DNA of 57,860 nucleotides, the filler included, from Sphacelaria rigidula (taxonomy: Eukaryota), in assembly GCA_964200075.2 (NCBI GenBank). It is 9 parts of 9 records of this genome, joined end to end, with 100 filler letters (N's around TTAATTAATTAA, not from the genome) between each part and the next. Parts side by side here need not be neighbours in the genome. Positions count along the whole stretch, not along the records: positions 1 to 6,340 come from CAXNAA020020667.1; positions 6,441 to 12,780 come from CAXNAA020020668.1; 7 more parts are not named here. One strand, written 5' to 3'. The translations under genes and the position numbers were made by a program. Under the pieces are notes generated by a model that saw only the letters and a program-made list of their open reading frames with translations, did not search any database and had not been told where the DNA came from. Every line of letters starts with the position of its first letter. Position 1 is the stretch's first letter. Positions 1-11,129 of this stretch are shown piece after piece.

Positions 1-67
1 TGCTTTATTCTGTGGTATCGCCACTTCCAGAGACAGCCACAGCTGATACTCTGCCTCATGGGTGTCT
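1..67 (-). mobile_element. SINE-1 internal fragment
   Basis: tggtatcgccacttccagagacagcc is shared with the copies at ~20516 and ~45089, and with the reverse complement of ~1215-1240. Confidence 0.75.
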
Positions 68-77
68 AACCAAGTAG

Positions 78-339
78 CGAGCGATAGGGGGAGAGGGGCG
101 TACTCATTGGGGGGGGGTGTTCGATTCCACGAAAAAATGTGTTCATAGATGCGTCAATCGACCTAAAACACTCGCGGTGCGCTTGTATCTGGGTATATGC
201 GGTGAAAGCAGTATACATGAGAGTTATTTTTCGGGAGCAAGCGCGTTCGAAAAACTGTTGGCTGCTTCCAAAGGCGATTGAAGTGGAATTTCGTGGAAAA
301 AGTGGCCGAAATCCCCCACCCCCACCCCATCGTAGCATG
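78..339. mobile_element. ~250-bp MITE with G/C-run TIRs (CAKGCTACGATAGGGG...), copy 1; left end degenerate
   Basis: Homologous to 10811-11058 (shared ttccacgaa, acactcgcggtgcgctt, gtggaa-ttcgtggaa and cccc-atcgtagc). The left G-run contains a ~10-nt LINE tail (cgtactcatt). Confidence 0.6.
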
Positions 340-1065
340 ACTCTTATGTTTCCCATGGAACGTACACCCTGTAATACCATCCGCATAAATAAATGCTCTG
401 ATGTATGAAATAAAAATCAACGACATGAATCCCTCCGCTCGCCTGAGGGCAGCTGAATATGTATAGCCAATATTGAAAGCGAACACTGTGTGAATAAAAA
501 CGGAACCATGTCGACACTGTTACCTGGGTAGAAAGTGGTCAACGGGTGACAGCTCTCTGACATAAACTGAGTAGTTCCACTTGACCGCCAAGGCGGCGGC
601 GTACATGTACTGTTGAATCGTCATCATTTTCACATGGAAAATGATCGACGGACTCAGGTGTCCATCTGCTGGCGATCAGAGGTTTAGATGACGCTCAGCT
701 CCTGCAATATCGTTGGCATCCCGAGCACAGTACAGTGCCTTCACCGCTTGAATCGCTACTCTTTGCCTCTGCAGACACGTTTGCCTTTGACCACTGTGGG
801 ACCCTATGCTCAAGATAGCCCTCAACGTATTCGATCATACCGTACTGTTCGCTGTACTGTTCTGCGCTGTCGGTACGGTACATCCAGTGCAATACACACG
901 TACACTGGGTATCCCACCGTAGCGCTTTGGGTCGCCAACCTTGCTTGACCGCGCTATTTTGTTACCCCGCACTGTGGTGGGACCCCCACTGTACTGTTTT
1001 CACCATATAATGCCTAGTATCTATGAAATCTGAGCGGTACCCGACCTCAAAACGCCCCTCCCCCC

Positions 1066-1480
1066 GCGCGTTTTTTTGTTTGCGATATCCATCATTATGG
1101 TCGAGCTGACAATAGTGTGCCGGGTGGGGGAATCTAAATTCCGCGCTAAGGGGATGATCATAATACGTAGTGCTTGAATGATGAGACACCCATGAGGCAG
1201 TGTGTAGCCCATGGATGTCTCTGGAAGTGGCAATACCAGACAATGAAGCAACTCATTGGAGGCTGTTATTCATATACAAGATAGTCAGTACGCTTCGGGC
1301 CGAACAATCTTAGCAGGGTGCAGCTCACCCCCCATGCGACTCGGCGAAAACATCACAGCGCTTCGCGCTTGGTGATTGAATGCGAGCCTGGTCCGGCAAA
1401 AACCCGGCATGCTCTGTCTCGGCTCTGTAGAGATGCGAGGTCAATGGTCATATGACTATAGCATGCATGATCATGAGTAC
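1066..1480 (+). mobile_element. SINE-1 (non-autonomous retroelement with LINE-derived 3' tail), 5'-truncated
   Basis: Colinear with the reverse complement of 20274-20680. Ends ...GGTCAATGGTCATATGACTATAGCATGCATGATCATGAGTAC. Flanked by C-rich near-duplications (CCCCTCCCCCC at 1055-1065; CCCCTCCTCCCC from 1480). Confidence 0.8.
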
Positions 1481-1497
1481 CCCTCCTCCCCTAACCC

Positions 1498-1667
1498 AGC
1501 CAATAGTCGAGTGGAGAAAGTAGATGCACATCATTGCTCCTATAGTGTAGTGGCATATGTGAACTATACAAGGAGGAACGGAACGTGTTGGAGAGGGAAA
1601 TTTGGAAATTTGACGGAGGTGGCAAGAAGTCGTTTGATGCATAAGACAGTGGCGAGAAAACGATCGC
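1498..1667 (+). mobile_element. LINE ORF2 C-terminal fragment
   Basis: Homologous to 4575-4765 (agtcgagtggag, tgtgaactatacaaggaggaacg, gagaaaacgat). Confidence 0.8.
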
Positions 1668-4600
1668 CAAAGGAAAACAAACAGAAAGCTCCATTCATGA
1701 CTATAGTGGTGGGGTATGGGAATAATTAGGAAACGGAAGTACATGTACGCGCAGAGGACGTGGGAACCAGAGATCATGACTAATTTGAACAGACACGACA
1801 GACGAGGGCTATAAGAAATAGGCGGGGTGGGAAGTTGTACAAATGGAGGTTAGATGAGCTCAAAATTCGAGAGAAGCAGCAAGAGTCCCAAGAAGGGATG
1901 ATGAAAACAAGCGGTGAAATTTCCGAGTTGTTGGAAAAAGTAGGTACAGTTAATATCGAAACGGAAAGCCATCGGGCAGGAGCGAAGATCATGGAACGAT
2001 GGGAGCAATTGGTCAAGACCACAGCTAGTAAGGTCATGGGGAAGAAACTGATCGTATGCAACAGAGCAATAAAATGGCGGGATGAGGAAGTGAAAGATGC
2101 TAGTAGAGTCAGGACAGAGGCACACGCAAGATATACATGATCGAGTGAAACTACGGTAGGATGGGAGGAGTACATTAACTCTCGAAAGGAAGTTAAAAAT
2201 ATGGTGAAGAAGAAAAAGGGGGAATGTGGGAAGATGTAGTGAACAACACAGGTGAAGATTACGATTGCGAGATGAAGCAAATGTGGGCAGCGATAAAAGG
2301 GATCATTGGCAATTGGGCAGGAGAGACAGACAGGGGGATAGCTACCCTTAGAGCACAGAAAGGGGAAATGGTTGGTAGTTCGAGGGGGGAAAGAGAGGTG
2401 GTAAAAGAGCACTGCCGTGAACTAGCAGCGCCAAAAACTAACAAGAGGATCGACACGGGATTCGAGGGATGAATCAACGCGTGGGCAGAGACAATGCACA
2501 GGCATCAAAGCGAGAGGATGGTGGCTCCAACGCATTGCAAAAAGAGTTCATCCGAGATGAAGGAATGTGAAGCTAAACTGAAGAACAGAAAGGCAGCAGG
2601 GGCAGGCAAAAGAGTGAATCAATTTCTGAAGTATTAATTGGATCTGGGAAGTGGTTACCATGATGGTGATGTATTAATTGGATCTGGGAAAACGAGTACA
2701 CATCCAAGAGGTGGAAGAGGAGGAATAGTAGCCAACCGTTTCAACAAGGAGACAAGGATGACCCAGGGACGTATATACGGATAACGCTACTGAGCACCGA
2801 AAGAGAAACATTCTGCAAGGTTCTGAATGATGGAGTGGGAACGACGCTAGAGGAGGAAGAAAAAATCAGCGAGGGGCAAGCAGGTTTTAGGCCAAGCCGT
2901 ATTTGCGTAGACCATGCGTACACATCTAATCTGGCAAGATTAGTTGAGGTAGGAAAGACGCCGGGCTGACAACGTACTCTTTCATGTTAGACGCACAAGA
3001 GGCCTATGACACAGTATGGAGAAATGGGCTGTGAAAAAGGTTGTGGAAAATTGGGATCGGGGGGAAAAAATGGACAACGGTGAAGAAGATGACAGAATGC
3101 GCTAAAAGTGCTCTGATGCTCGACGGGGAAATATCGAGTAATTTTGATATGTTACAAGGAATCGCACAAGGATGTACGTTATCACCGTGTTGATGATATC
3201 AATAGAAGCAGCAAAGCAAGGAGTCAAGGTGGGTGAAGATACGGTATCGGGACTGGTGCTCGCGGATGATTTTTGTGGAGATGTCAGAAACACCGGAAGG
3301 ATTGCACAAGCAAATAGAGAAAGTACTAGAATAAATACACTAGGACATGAAGAGTGACAGCGAATGTAAAAAAAATGCGCGGTACCTGTATGTAACGAAG
3401 ACAAGAACGACCCGGCAGACTTCAAGTTGAAGTGAGGAGAAGAGGAAGTGCCTATCGTAGACCGGTATACGTACCTCGGCGTGAAGATCTTAGAACACTG
3501 TTCTTGGGATGCACACATAAATGCAGAAATTGAAACGGGTAAGGCACAGATGGGCAGGATGGACGTGGTCCTCAGATACTCGCATCTAGATACTAGGAGT
3601 CAGAGATGCATCCTGATGAATGATAATGTACCAAAGCTGGAATATGCAGGAGAAGTATGGGAGGGGAACGCAAAGTTGATGAAGAAGTTGGAAATAATAC
3701 AGATGTTGGCAGCTAAGAAAATACTTGGATGCTGAAGAACGACAAGTAATACAGTATTGAGAGCAGAGTTAGGCATGTACCCATTTGAAACAAACAGAGC
3801 GTGGAGGCAGGGGTGCTGGAAGGTACCTATCACAACACGTCTCAGTGGGAATCCCCCTAACCTGCATCAAGTATATACATAGCCATATCGCCCAGGCATC
3901 CAGGTGCAACGCAGACTGGAAGGGATGGGTGCAACACAGTAACTACGTGTGGCTTACGATGGAAGTACGCTTCAACATGACATATAAGGTCCTTCACTTC
4001 GAGGTTGTGGAGGACGACACACTCAATGACGAAGGAGAGAAGCTGTATCCCGATGGAGTCAGGAGTGTTGGTGTCAATGACTCGACCATTGCTGGTATGC
4101 GCACTATTGGACACGAATTTCTACAAGTTACTGGATTCTTGAGCATTGGAGTGACTACTAGACATGAAGAAACTGAAATGACAATATAGCGTAAGGAGCA
4201 TGTCAAGGAAGAGATTGCCAGCTATAGTTGATAGCGCCGTGAGGAAAGAAGTGATGAAAGAGCAGGTTGGAGTGAGGTGGGCTAACGTGGCCGAGAAATT
4301 GTGGAAGGACGTAGGAGGAGACCAAGACGAAATACCGTCCATGGATGAAGGCGTGGGGTACAGAACAAACGGAGAGGGATGGTAGCAATAAGGGGAAAAG
4401 AAGCGCGAAGACGGAGCGTAGACGAGGCGGAACACCTGAAGATATGTGGGGGGTCGAGAGAGGGGATGAGAATGAAAACATATTTGCATGGCCCAATGAA
4501 CTCCGCGTAAGACTTTGAAGCTGTGATTTCGGGTGGGGGACCTAGACCTGGCGGAAAGAAGGATGGGTTCTATCAGTAGTCGAGTGGAGGAGGAAGTTGA

Positions 4601-4889
4601 TTCACAGAACTGCCCCTGCGGCAAAGCAACAGAGAGTAGGACTCATACGGCGGCAGAATGTGAACTATACAAGGAGGAACGGGACGTGCTAGAGGAGAAA
4701 ATGAGGGACGTGAACGAAGGCGGCATGAAATCGCTTGATGCACTAGACAGGACCGAGAAAACGATGGCCATACTAGGAGATAGATGGTGGCCACAGCCAG
4801 TGAAACAGGACGGGAATAAGATATGTAAAGGGCTTTTGAGTAGTGTATGGAAGAAACGTAATCGCACCCAAATCTTGGAGGTGTCTCTA
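1668..4889 (+). mobile_element. Degenerate non-LTR retrotransposon (LINE) ORF2: APE end, RT and C-terminal CCHC; many stops and frameshifts; clade unresolved
   Basis: APE C-terminal DVG..DH at ~1755-1780. RT motifs: KAAG, QAGFRP, AYDTVWRNGL, QGCTLSP (~3167), LADD (3259-3270), YTYLGV. Zinc knuckle CPCGKATESRTHTAAEC at ~4611-4663. Interrupted by foreign DNA at ~3800-4160. Confidence 0.95.
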
Positions 4890-4894
4890 CCGTC

Positions 4895-6200
4895 GGTGGA
4901 ATATTGACGATCTACGTTTGACGTTTTTTTCCGGCAAGAAATGCTTGTTTTTCCACAGCCTTTGAGCAAACGATTCGCCCTAAGCGTGTATTTCAGACCC
5001 GTGCGAATGAAATGTGGAAGAGAAGAAGGTTATCTATTTTGCGGGTATGGCGAATTGTCCGTCCCGACGGTGTTTTCTGACCCCCGCCAGAGTGCATGGC
5101 TGACCTTTCGTGAAGCGATCTTCACGCCGCACCTGCAGTAGATGCTTCGTGTCGCATCATAACAAGCCTGCGCTTAAGTTGCAAAAACGAAGGCGACGCC
5201 GATGGCACATTTACCTCAGCTATGTCCCCGTCTACTGCTGTCTGTATTCGGAGATAGTCATCGTCAGGCCCTGTGGGGATGTGTTCGCCTACTCTTCTGT
5301 GCTACTGCGTGTGATGATGATATTTTTAGCTTATTTCAAGTGTAAACTCACGTCATGCACGTTACTGTGCAGTTGTACTCCGTCGTGCGCGTTTATACGG
5401 CACCACACTGCGGTATGACCATTCCTTAACAGCGACGAGGATGGCATGTTCCCCGCCGTTATACATACTCCTTGTGCAGCGTAGGCGGGGGCCGTCACTT
5501 TGGCATATCCGACACAGGCTGTCACTTCGTAGCCTGTGATCTTACCGCATATCTCATCCTGCGCATTGTGCTGTACGTTTTCACGACACCACCTCTATAA
5601 TGTGGGTTGATCATGCCTGAACGTGGCACAACCCCACTTTGTGCTGCGTGAGGTGTATTACAATACTCCGGCTTGCTCTATCGCGTTCGGACCGTCCGTC
5701 CTCGTAGGCGGCGTTGGGGTTTCATGCGATGATATTACACACCTTCTGTCCTCTTGCACGGAACACCGTAACATCATTATTCAGCCATACTGGACTGTAG
5801 TGAAGTGTGTTTATTGACTGTAGTTGTAGCTGGGTCAGGCTGGTTGCGAAAGGCTGTCCCGGTCGGTTGTCGACCGTCTGCCAGTATGTCGCCTGTCTGG
5901 ACGCTGACAATCACGTCGGCCTAATGTCTTCCACATAATCCTGTGTGCCTCGCAGCCTTTTCTCTTGCTGCGGTTTCCGTGCGGACGTGCGGTAAGCGAG
6001 CGGGGGGGGGGGGGGGGGGGGGTGCGCGGGGGGGCAATGGGCTGCCCCAACCGCTCTTGCAGGTTTTTCAGCGAAATGCTACGCAGCGTCTTGACCGTGC
6101 TTCTCTTCCAGCTGTACGTGAAATGCATCTAGGTCGCTCTTCAGCGCTTCCATATGTGGCGACAGGATTCCCACTTGCTCGGCCATATCATTGTCGCCGT
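4895..6200 (-). mobile_element. Diverged internal copy of the piggyBac-type cargo element at 17264-18803
   Basis: Reverse complement is colinear with ~17520-18790 (gcacgggtctgaaa, gtgcatgacgtgagt, tccgtgcaaga, actacagtca). 5840-5941 aligns codon-wise with 17693-17794. Confidence 0.7.
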
Positions 6201-6340
6201 ATAGTTTGCCTTCCTAGGCTCGTCGACTCTCGATGATGCACCCCACCTAAATGGTACACCACACTAATTTCAAGTATAATAGTGCGCCAGTCTAAGTTCA
6301 AGTAAACTGATGTGACATAATCGCGCACCGAACTCGAATC

Positions 6341-6440
6341 NNNNNNNNNNNNNNNNNNNNNNNNNNNNNNNNNNNNNNNNNNNNTTAATTAATTAANNNN
6401 NNNNNNNNNNNNNNNNNNNNNNNNNNNNNNNNNNNNNNNN
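6341..6440. other. Artificial contig spacer (N44-TTAATTAATTAA-N44)
   Basis: Six-frame stop linker. Identical spacers occur every 6440 bp: 12781, 19221, 25661, 32101, 38541, 44981, 51421. Confidence 0.99.
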
Positions 6441-6500
6441 TTTTTCGTGACACTTTTAGCTGGTTTGCGGGGGGGGCTATCGTAGAACGTGTCTCACGCA
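6441..6500. repeat. Dispersed repeat fragment, unclassified
   Basis: ttttcgtgacacttt...gggggg..atcgtagaa.gtgtc is also at 25761-25900 and, reverse-complemented, at 51127-51270. Confidence 0.7.
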
Positions 6501-6659
6501 CAACGTTAAGGATCGAGACACGCGACCACCCAACACGAGTTAGTGGAAGAGGCGGCTCCAAGGTAATCCAAGATCGGCTATTATTTCGAACAAGATCACC
6601 GCTTGCCCGGGATCCTAGGTGACCCTCATCTCCTTAATTGGGATTGTGCATGAGCGTGC

Positions 6660-9370
6660 AGCGCCCCACCTCTCGGTCTCCATCAACAGGCACGTTTCAA
6701 ACTGAGTAAGTTTGTCCAAAAGGGCGCACAGTGACAGGCCCCTATGGATGCCAGTTTGTTTTCCACCCCGAACAGACCCTCCGTTCGCTGCGTCGCCACC
6801 ATACCCAGGGTAAGATGTGTCGGCCGGCAGGAAAAAGCCTATTTTTCTTTCTTCCTGAAGGGATGGAGAGGCCGGTCAGCGGATGCAACACACGGCGCCG
6901 GATGTAGGGGTTCGGGTTAAGTTGCATTCCAACTTGTGCCCACGAACGACCACCGATAGACACGGATGTATGCAATATGCGGCGTGGAGGCCATGGTCGG
7001 GGAAATGAGACCCACTTTGGGGGTTTCTGCCACTTGTGCTGTGTACTCACGCGAACATGTCGGCGATGTAACCCTCGCACTTGGTCCCCTTGGCCATTGC
7101 CTCCACCTCATGCTGGAAGCGACCGAATACCTGACGCAATACAGGGGCAGAGGGGATTTTTCACGAGTGAGATCGCTCAGCTCTTACCCGTTACCGTTTT
7201 CCTGATGAGATTCGCGTACAACCAAGATGATACTCCGCCAGCACGTACGCCCATCGACGTACACTTTGAGGGACCCGCCGACAGTGTTTGGGACGAATAC
7301 CACATACCATCCCTCACCTCGGGAGTGGCTGCGTAGGTTGCGCACGAGAATTTGTGGATGTATACTGATCGATCACTTTCGCTCAGCGAAGAAAAACAAT
7401 TCTTCGGCACGTTTTTGAAAATGTGCCATAAGCAATACAGTTGGAGCGTGCTGGGCCAGGACGTCTCCACCGCAGCCGTTATTGCCAGGTCCGCATCTGA
7501 CGGCACAATCTGTGCAACGGCGAAAATTGAGAAATATTGTCACCATAACCACCAACACGTCAGTCCATGTCAAGAAGGGCAACTGTCGCAAAAAATGCAT
7601 CGGCGGAGAAAAATTCTGGGAGCAGCAGAACTTCTCAGCCTCGATAGGTGAAAAGTATGTTCACATGGCGTGAAGGATACCTTGGGTCGGCGCCCACCAC
7701 TCGCTCGGCAGTATTTGTCAAGAATCCACTCGAAAGTCTCGGTGCACTCAGACCGCAAGAGGCTGTACCCCAGAATGCAGCTGCGATTCTCGCCATCCAC
7801 GCCCACCACAAAGAGAAGAGAGCATCCGTATCTGCGAACCACATTACACGTGGGGCGGTGACGGCACGCATCATTGAACAACGAAAGTACGGATACGGAG
7901 ACAGCAAGCGTGGAACACATCCCGACATACCTTCTCACCTGCACACGAGCACCGTCGTATCCAACTGGATACAACCTCCGTATCTTACGCACTTCTGTTG
8001 CTGCTCTGCGGTGGCCCAGTATGCATCCACGAGTCTTCCTTTTGCATCCAGTTTATATTCGCTGAACATACCGGGCTCGCTTTTGAGGGTAGAGAAGAAT
8101 TCGGTCGCATCCTGTGGAGAGCAGTAGAAATCCTTCCGCACCTTCTGCATCATGTTGCGGACCTGGAACGTGATCATCCACCGCGAATATAAAAAGGGAT
8201 AGGGAAATAATGACACGGTAAGCGGTGGACAGGACTCTCCCGAGTGATGCCGAGGGTTGAACCGCCACTACTCATGAATGGTTCGCGACGCGACAGAACA
8301 GATCCCACACGCGCTTCCCGCCCCATCCTCCGTCAGAGTGCTCCTTGCTTACCTTCTTTTTCCCATCTTTGCCGAGTAGCAAACCCCCACCATCCGCTTC
8401 GAGTAATTTTATAATGTCCCCGGCTCGGAGGCCAGCCGCTGTCCACTTCCGAAAATCTCTTCCCCTCGTTGCAATGATGGAGGTAGAGAGGATATGAGGA
8501 TCAGCCCTTGTGATCGATCCCCGCGGGTCGTGGTTATGATTCTCACGGGACTGGCGGTACGGAATCAAGGCGAGCGGAAGGGGGGGGGAGGGGGTGGATG
8601 TTGTCGGGTGCTACACGTGCCCGCGCCCGAAACGCAGAAAAAAATATCTAGTTTTTGGCGACTGGGTTCGGACGGCAGTACTCACCACGGTGACGTGTGG
8701 CGCATCATCTCGAAGAGCCCAGGTGATGCTGACAAGAAATGGACATCCTACCTGTCCAGGAGGTTACGAGTGGAGGCGTCCTTTGAGCAAAACGTTGCCG
8801 ACAGGCATCCTGTCGTGCTAACGGTGTGGGATCGTGAGCACCAACACACGTGTGCTATGGGGGCATGACAAAAGAACGTTGCGCTGAAATCGTGGGAACA
8901 TCGGCCTCCAACATCGTGTGGTGAGTCTGTCGTATGTTCTACCGACATACGCCAGGTTGCCGACACAGTGTTCACTGACCTTTCTTGATGGATTGACGGC
9001 TCGACGGTAGCCACCCGGCTTCATCTGATGCTCGCACTCGATCTTACAGTAAGTGTACCTCGACCCGTCCGCCGTCTGCAAGATGAAGGATACAAGTGTT
9101 TGCGATCGGGCGGGATTCGTTGATTTTGTCACGTCTTCATTGCATGAGGTCTCCTCTTCATTTATTTCGCGCGAAGAGACGATGTGCCCAGCGCCGATCG
9201 CTCCTGACAGTGTGCCCCGTGTATTCATGTGGTTGTCATGTCACCTGCTCGTTGCTGCATGGCACCCACCTTTATCACCCGTCGCACCCGCAGCGTCTCA
9301 TGACCCGCCTGGAGGAAATCGCGCAGGAGCTCGGCGAAGACAGAGCCCCAAGTGTCTTCGGGGGAACCTG
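6660..9370 (-). pseudogene. Intron-rich Mutator/MULE (FAR1-type) transposase, inactivated
   Basis: In-frame GT-AG splicing reconstructed for exons 8550-8353, 8162-7939, 7831-7681, 7509-7318, 7130-7051 and 6854 onward. Motifs: FAR1 DBD (CKIEC, GCPF, HNH), GRLVDAYW, QLDTT..CRYGCSLLFVVGVD, ECTETFEW, SDADLAI..YCLWH, LGMVATQRTEG. TAG replaces a likely Trp at ~6840, with a frameshift downstream. Confidence 0.9.
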
Positions 9371-9591
9371 TGACGGTGAATGAACGACCAATCCTCGCAA
9401 CGATCGCCACGCCTGCGTTGCTCCCGTTGTTTTCTTGGCCCCCTGTGTCTGCAGTATACCCTGGGAATGCTCCCTGTCCGGCGGGAGAACACGAAGAAAC
9501 GAGTGAGAGTACCATTGACGCTCCCAGGACACGCGCGCACTCTCGGCATAGTTTTATCAATCAATGGACCGGTACATTCTTTTGTCCGTAC

Positions 9592-10521
9592 CTTTTGCCC
9601 GTCCATGCAGCCATGCAGATATTGGCTCGTCGTTCTGGAACATCGATCATCCGCCTCGCTGAATTCCTTGGAGCCACCATGATCGTTTTCTCCACAATCG
9701 CTGCTGTGGTGGTGGGAGCCGCCGTGCAGCTCCGAACTTCCGTTAGCCCCATCATCGGCGGAAGGCTCGCATTCCCGCCGCCGCCGAGAACGGACTTCTT
9801 GTGGGAGGTGGGTGCAGTGGTCACGGTATGTACAATCCTGCTCCGACCTTCCAGCATCGCTATCACCAGCGGAATGCTCATCACCTCGCCGCCGCCGAGG
9901 ACGGTCTTGCTCCGTGACGCCTGTGTTGTCATCATGAGAGCCACTATCCTCTGCGGCACTCCCACTCTCTACATCACTGTCGACACGCTCGCTATCTCGC
10001 CGCCACGGCGAACAGTCTCCCTCAATGATCTCCATGCTGTCGTCCTGCGAACCGCCGCCGTCATCGAAACCTCCGCCCTCCCCGACAATCTCGGAAAGCT
10101 CACTATCTCGCCGTCGCCGAGGACGATCGTCATCACCGATGTCCGTGCTGTTGTCATGAGAGCCGCCGTCGTCATCGAAACGTCCGCCCTCCCCATCACT
10201 GTCGGAACACCCGCTCTCTCGAAGTTGCCGAGGACGATCGTCATCAATCATCTCCGTCCTGTCGTCATGAGAGTCGCCGTCCTCATCCGAACTTAAATCC
10301 TCCCAATCACTGCCAGCACGATCGCCACCTCGCAGCCACCGAGAACGTCCTCTCTCCGTGCTTTCGGTGTTGCGTTCGTCACAGCCACTGTCCTCATCCG
10401 TATCCCCCCCGACGCCGCCGCACGCTGTGCGTGCGCGGCATCCTTTCTCACGGCCGTCAGGAACATCGTCTGAAATTTCCCACTCGCGCGCGAGAAGACT
10501 TCGTAACTCACCACCACCTGG
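9592..10521 (-). CDS. Putative large exon encoding an acidic/Arg-rich 37-aa tandem-repeat region, probably N-terminal to the MULE transposase
   Basis: Frame is open from ~10538 through ORF 9298..10251. Candidate acceptor tttttcag at ~10522 and donor AAG|gtacgg at ~9592. Same strand as, and directly upstream of, the FAR1 exons. Confidence 0.55.
9630..10400. repeat. 111-bp coding tandem repeat, ~6-7 diverged units
   Basis: Units such as DDDRPRQLRESGCSDSDGEGGRFDDDGGSHDNSTDIG and DDDRPRRRRDSELSEIVGEGGGFDDGGGSQDDSMEII keep a 37-aa period. Confidence 0.85.
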
Positions 10522-10810
10522 CCTGAAAAATCCCAGTTAACGTCCATCACCGTCCCATAGCCAGGGTTTACTTTATTGCACCACCCGTCGTGAAGACGGG
10601 TGCCGACTTGTATATCCTCGGATCCCTAACACAGCGGGCACTGCAGTACATGAGAGCATGTATGGTCAATTCGGGTGAAAAAATATATATGTCCGCCGAA
10701 TCAGCACAATACCGACCGCACGTACCCCACCAACAACCTGGTGCCAATAATCTGTCTAATTCTCGCGACAGCCCGGCGAATATTTCGGCAGGAACAGACA
10801 CAGTATCAGA

Positions 10811-11058
10811 CATGCCACGATAGAGGGGGGGGTGTTTGCTTCCACGAACACATGGGCTGGTGAGTACGTCAGACGGCTGAACACACTCGCGGTGCGCTTC
10901 TACTTGTTTAAGAGCGGTGCCAAGTAGTATGAACGTGCGCTATTTATCGAAACTAAGCGGATTTAAACAACCGTTGCCGCTTTCGACGACAGTTTCAGGT
11001 GGAACTTCGTGGAAGAAAACGACCCAAAATATCCCCCCCCCCCCCCTATCGTAGCCTG
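10811..11058. mobile_element. MITE with TIR CAKGCYACGATAGRGGGG, copy 2
   Basis: Ends catgccacgatagagggggg and cccccctatcgtagcctg are inverted repeats. Homologous to 78-339. No clear TSD. Confidence 0.7.
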
Positions 11059-11129
11059 GCTCGTATTCACAGCAGATTTCGATGGTATTTATAAGTCTCG
11101 ACGCGCTGTCACGAACATTCCCCCGTAGG

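Noticed and set aside
1175..1250. Hammerhead ribozyme or C/D box in SINE-1 (ATGATGAG followed by a stem)
   Set aside because: Lacks the CUGA core and the GAAA after stem II; the 45081-45348 copy reads ATGGTGAG.
6385..6396. TTAATTAATTAA recurring every 6440 bp as a biological motif or piggyBac target
   Set aside because: Always centred in identical N-runs; it is a synthetic six-frame-stop linker.
9352..10296. 314-aa + strand ORF
   Set aside because: Antisense shadow of the minus-strand 37-aa repeat exon.
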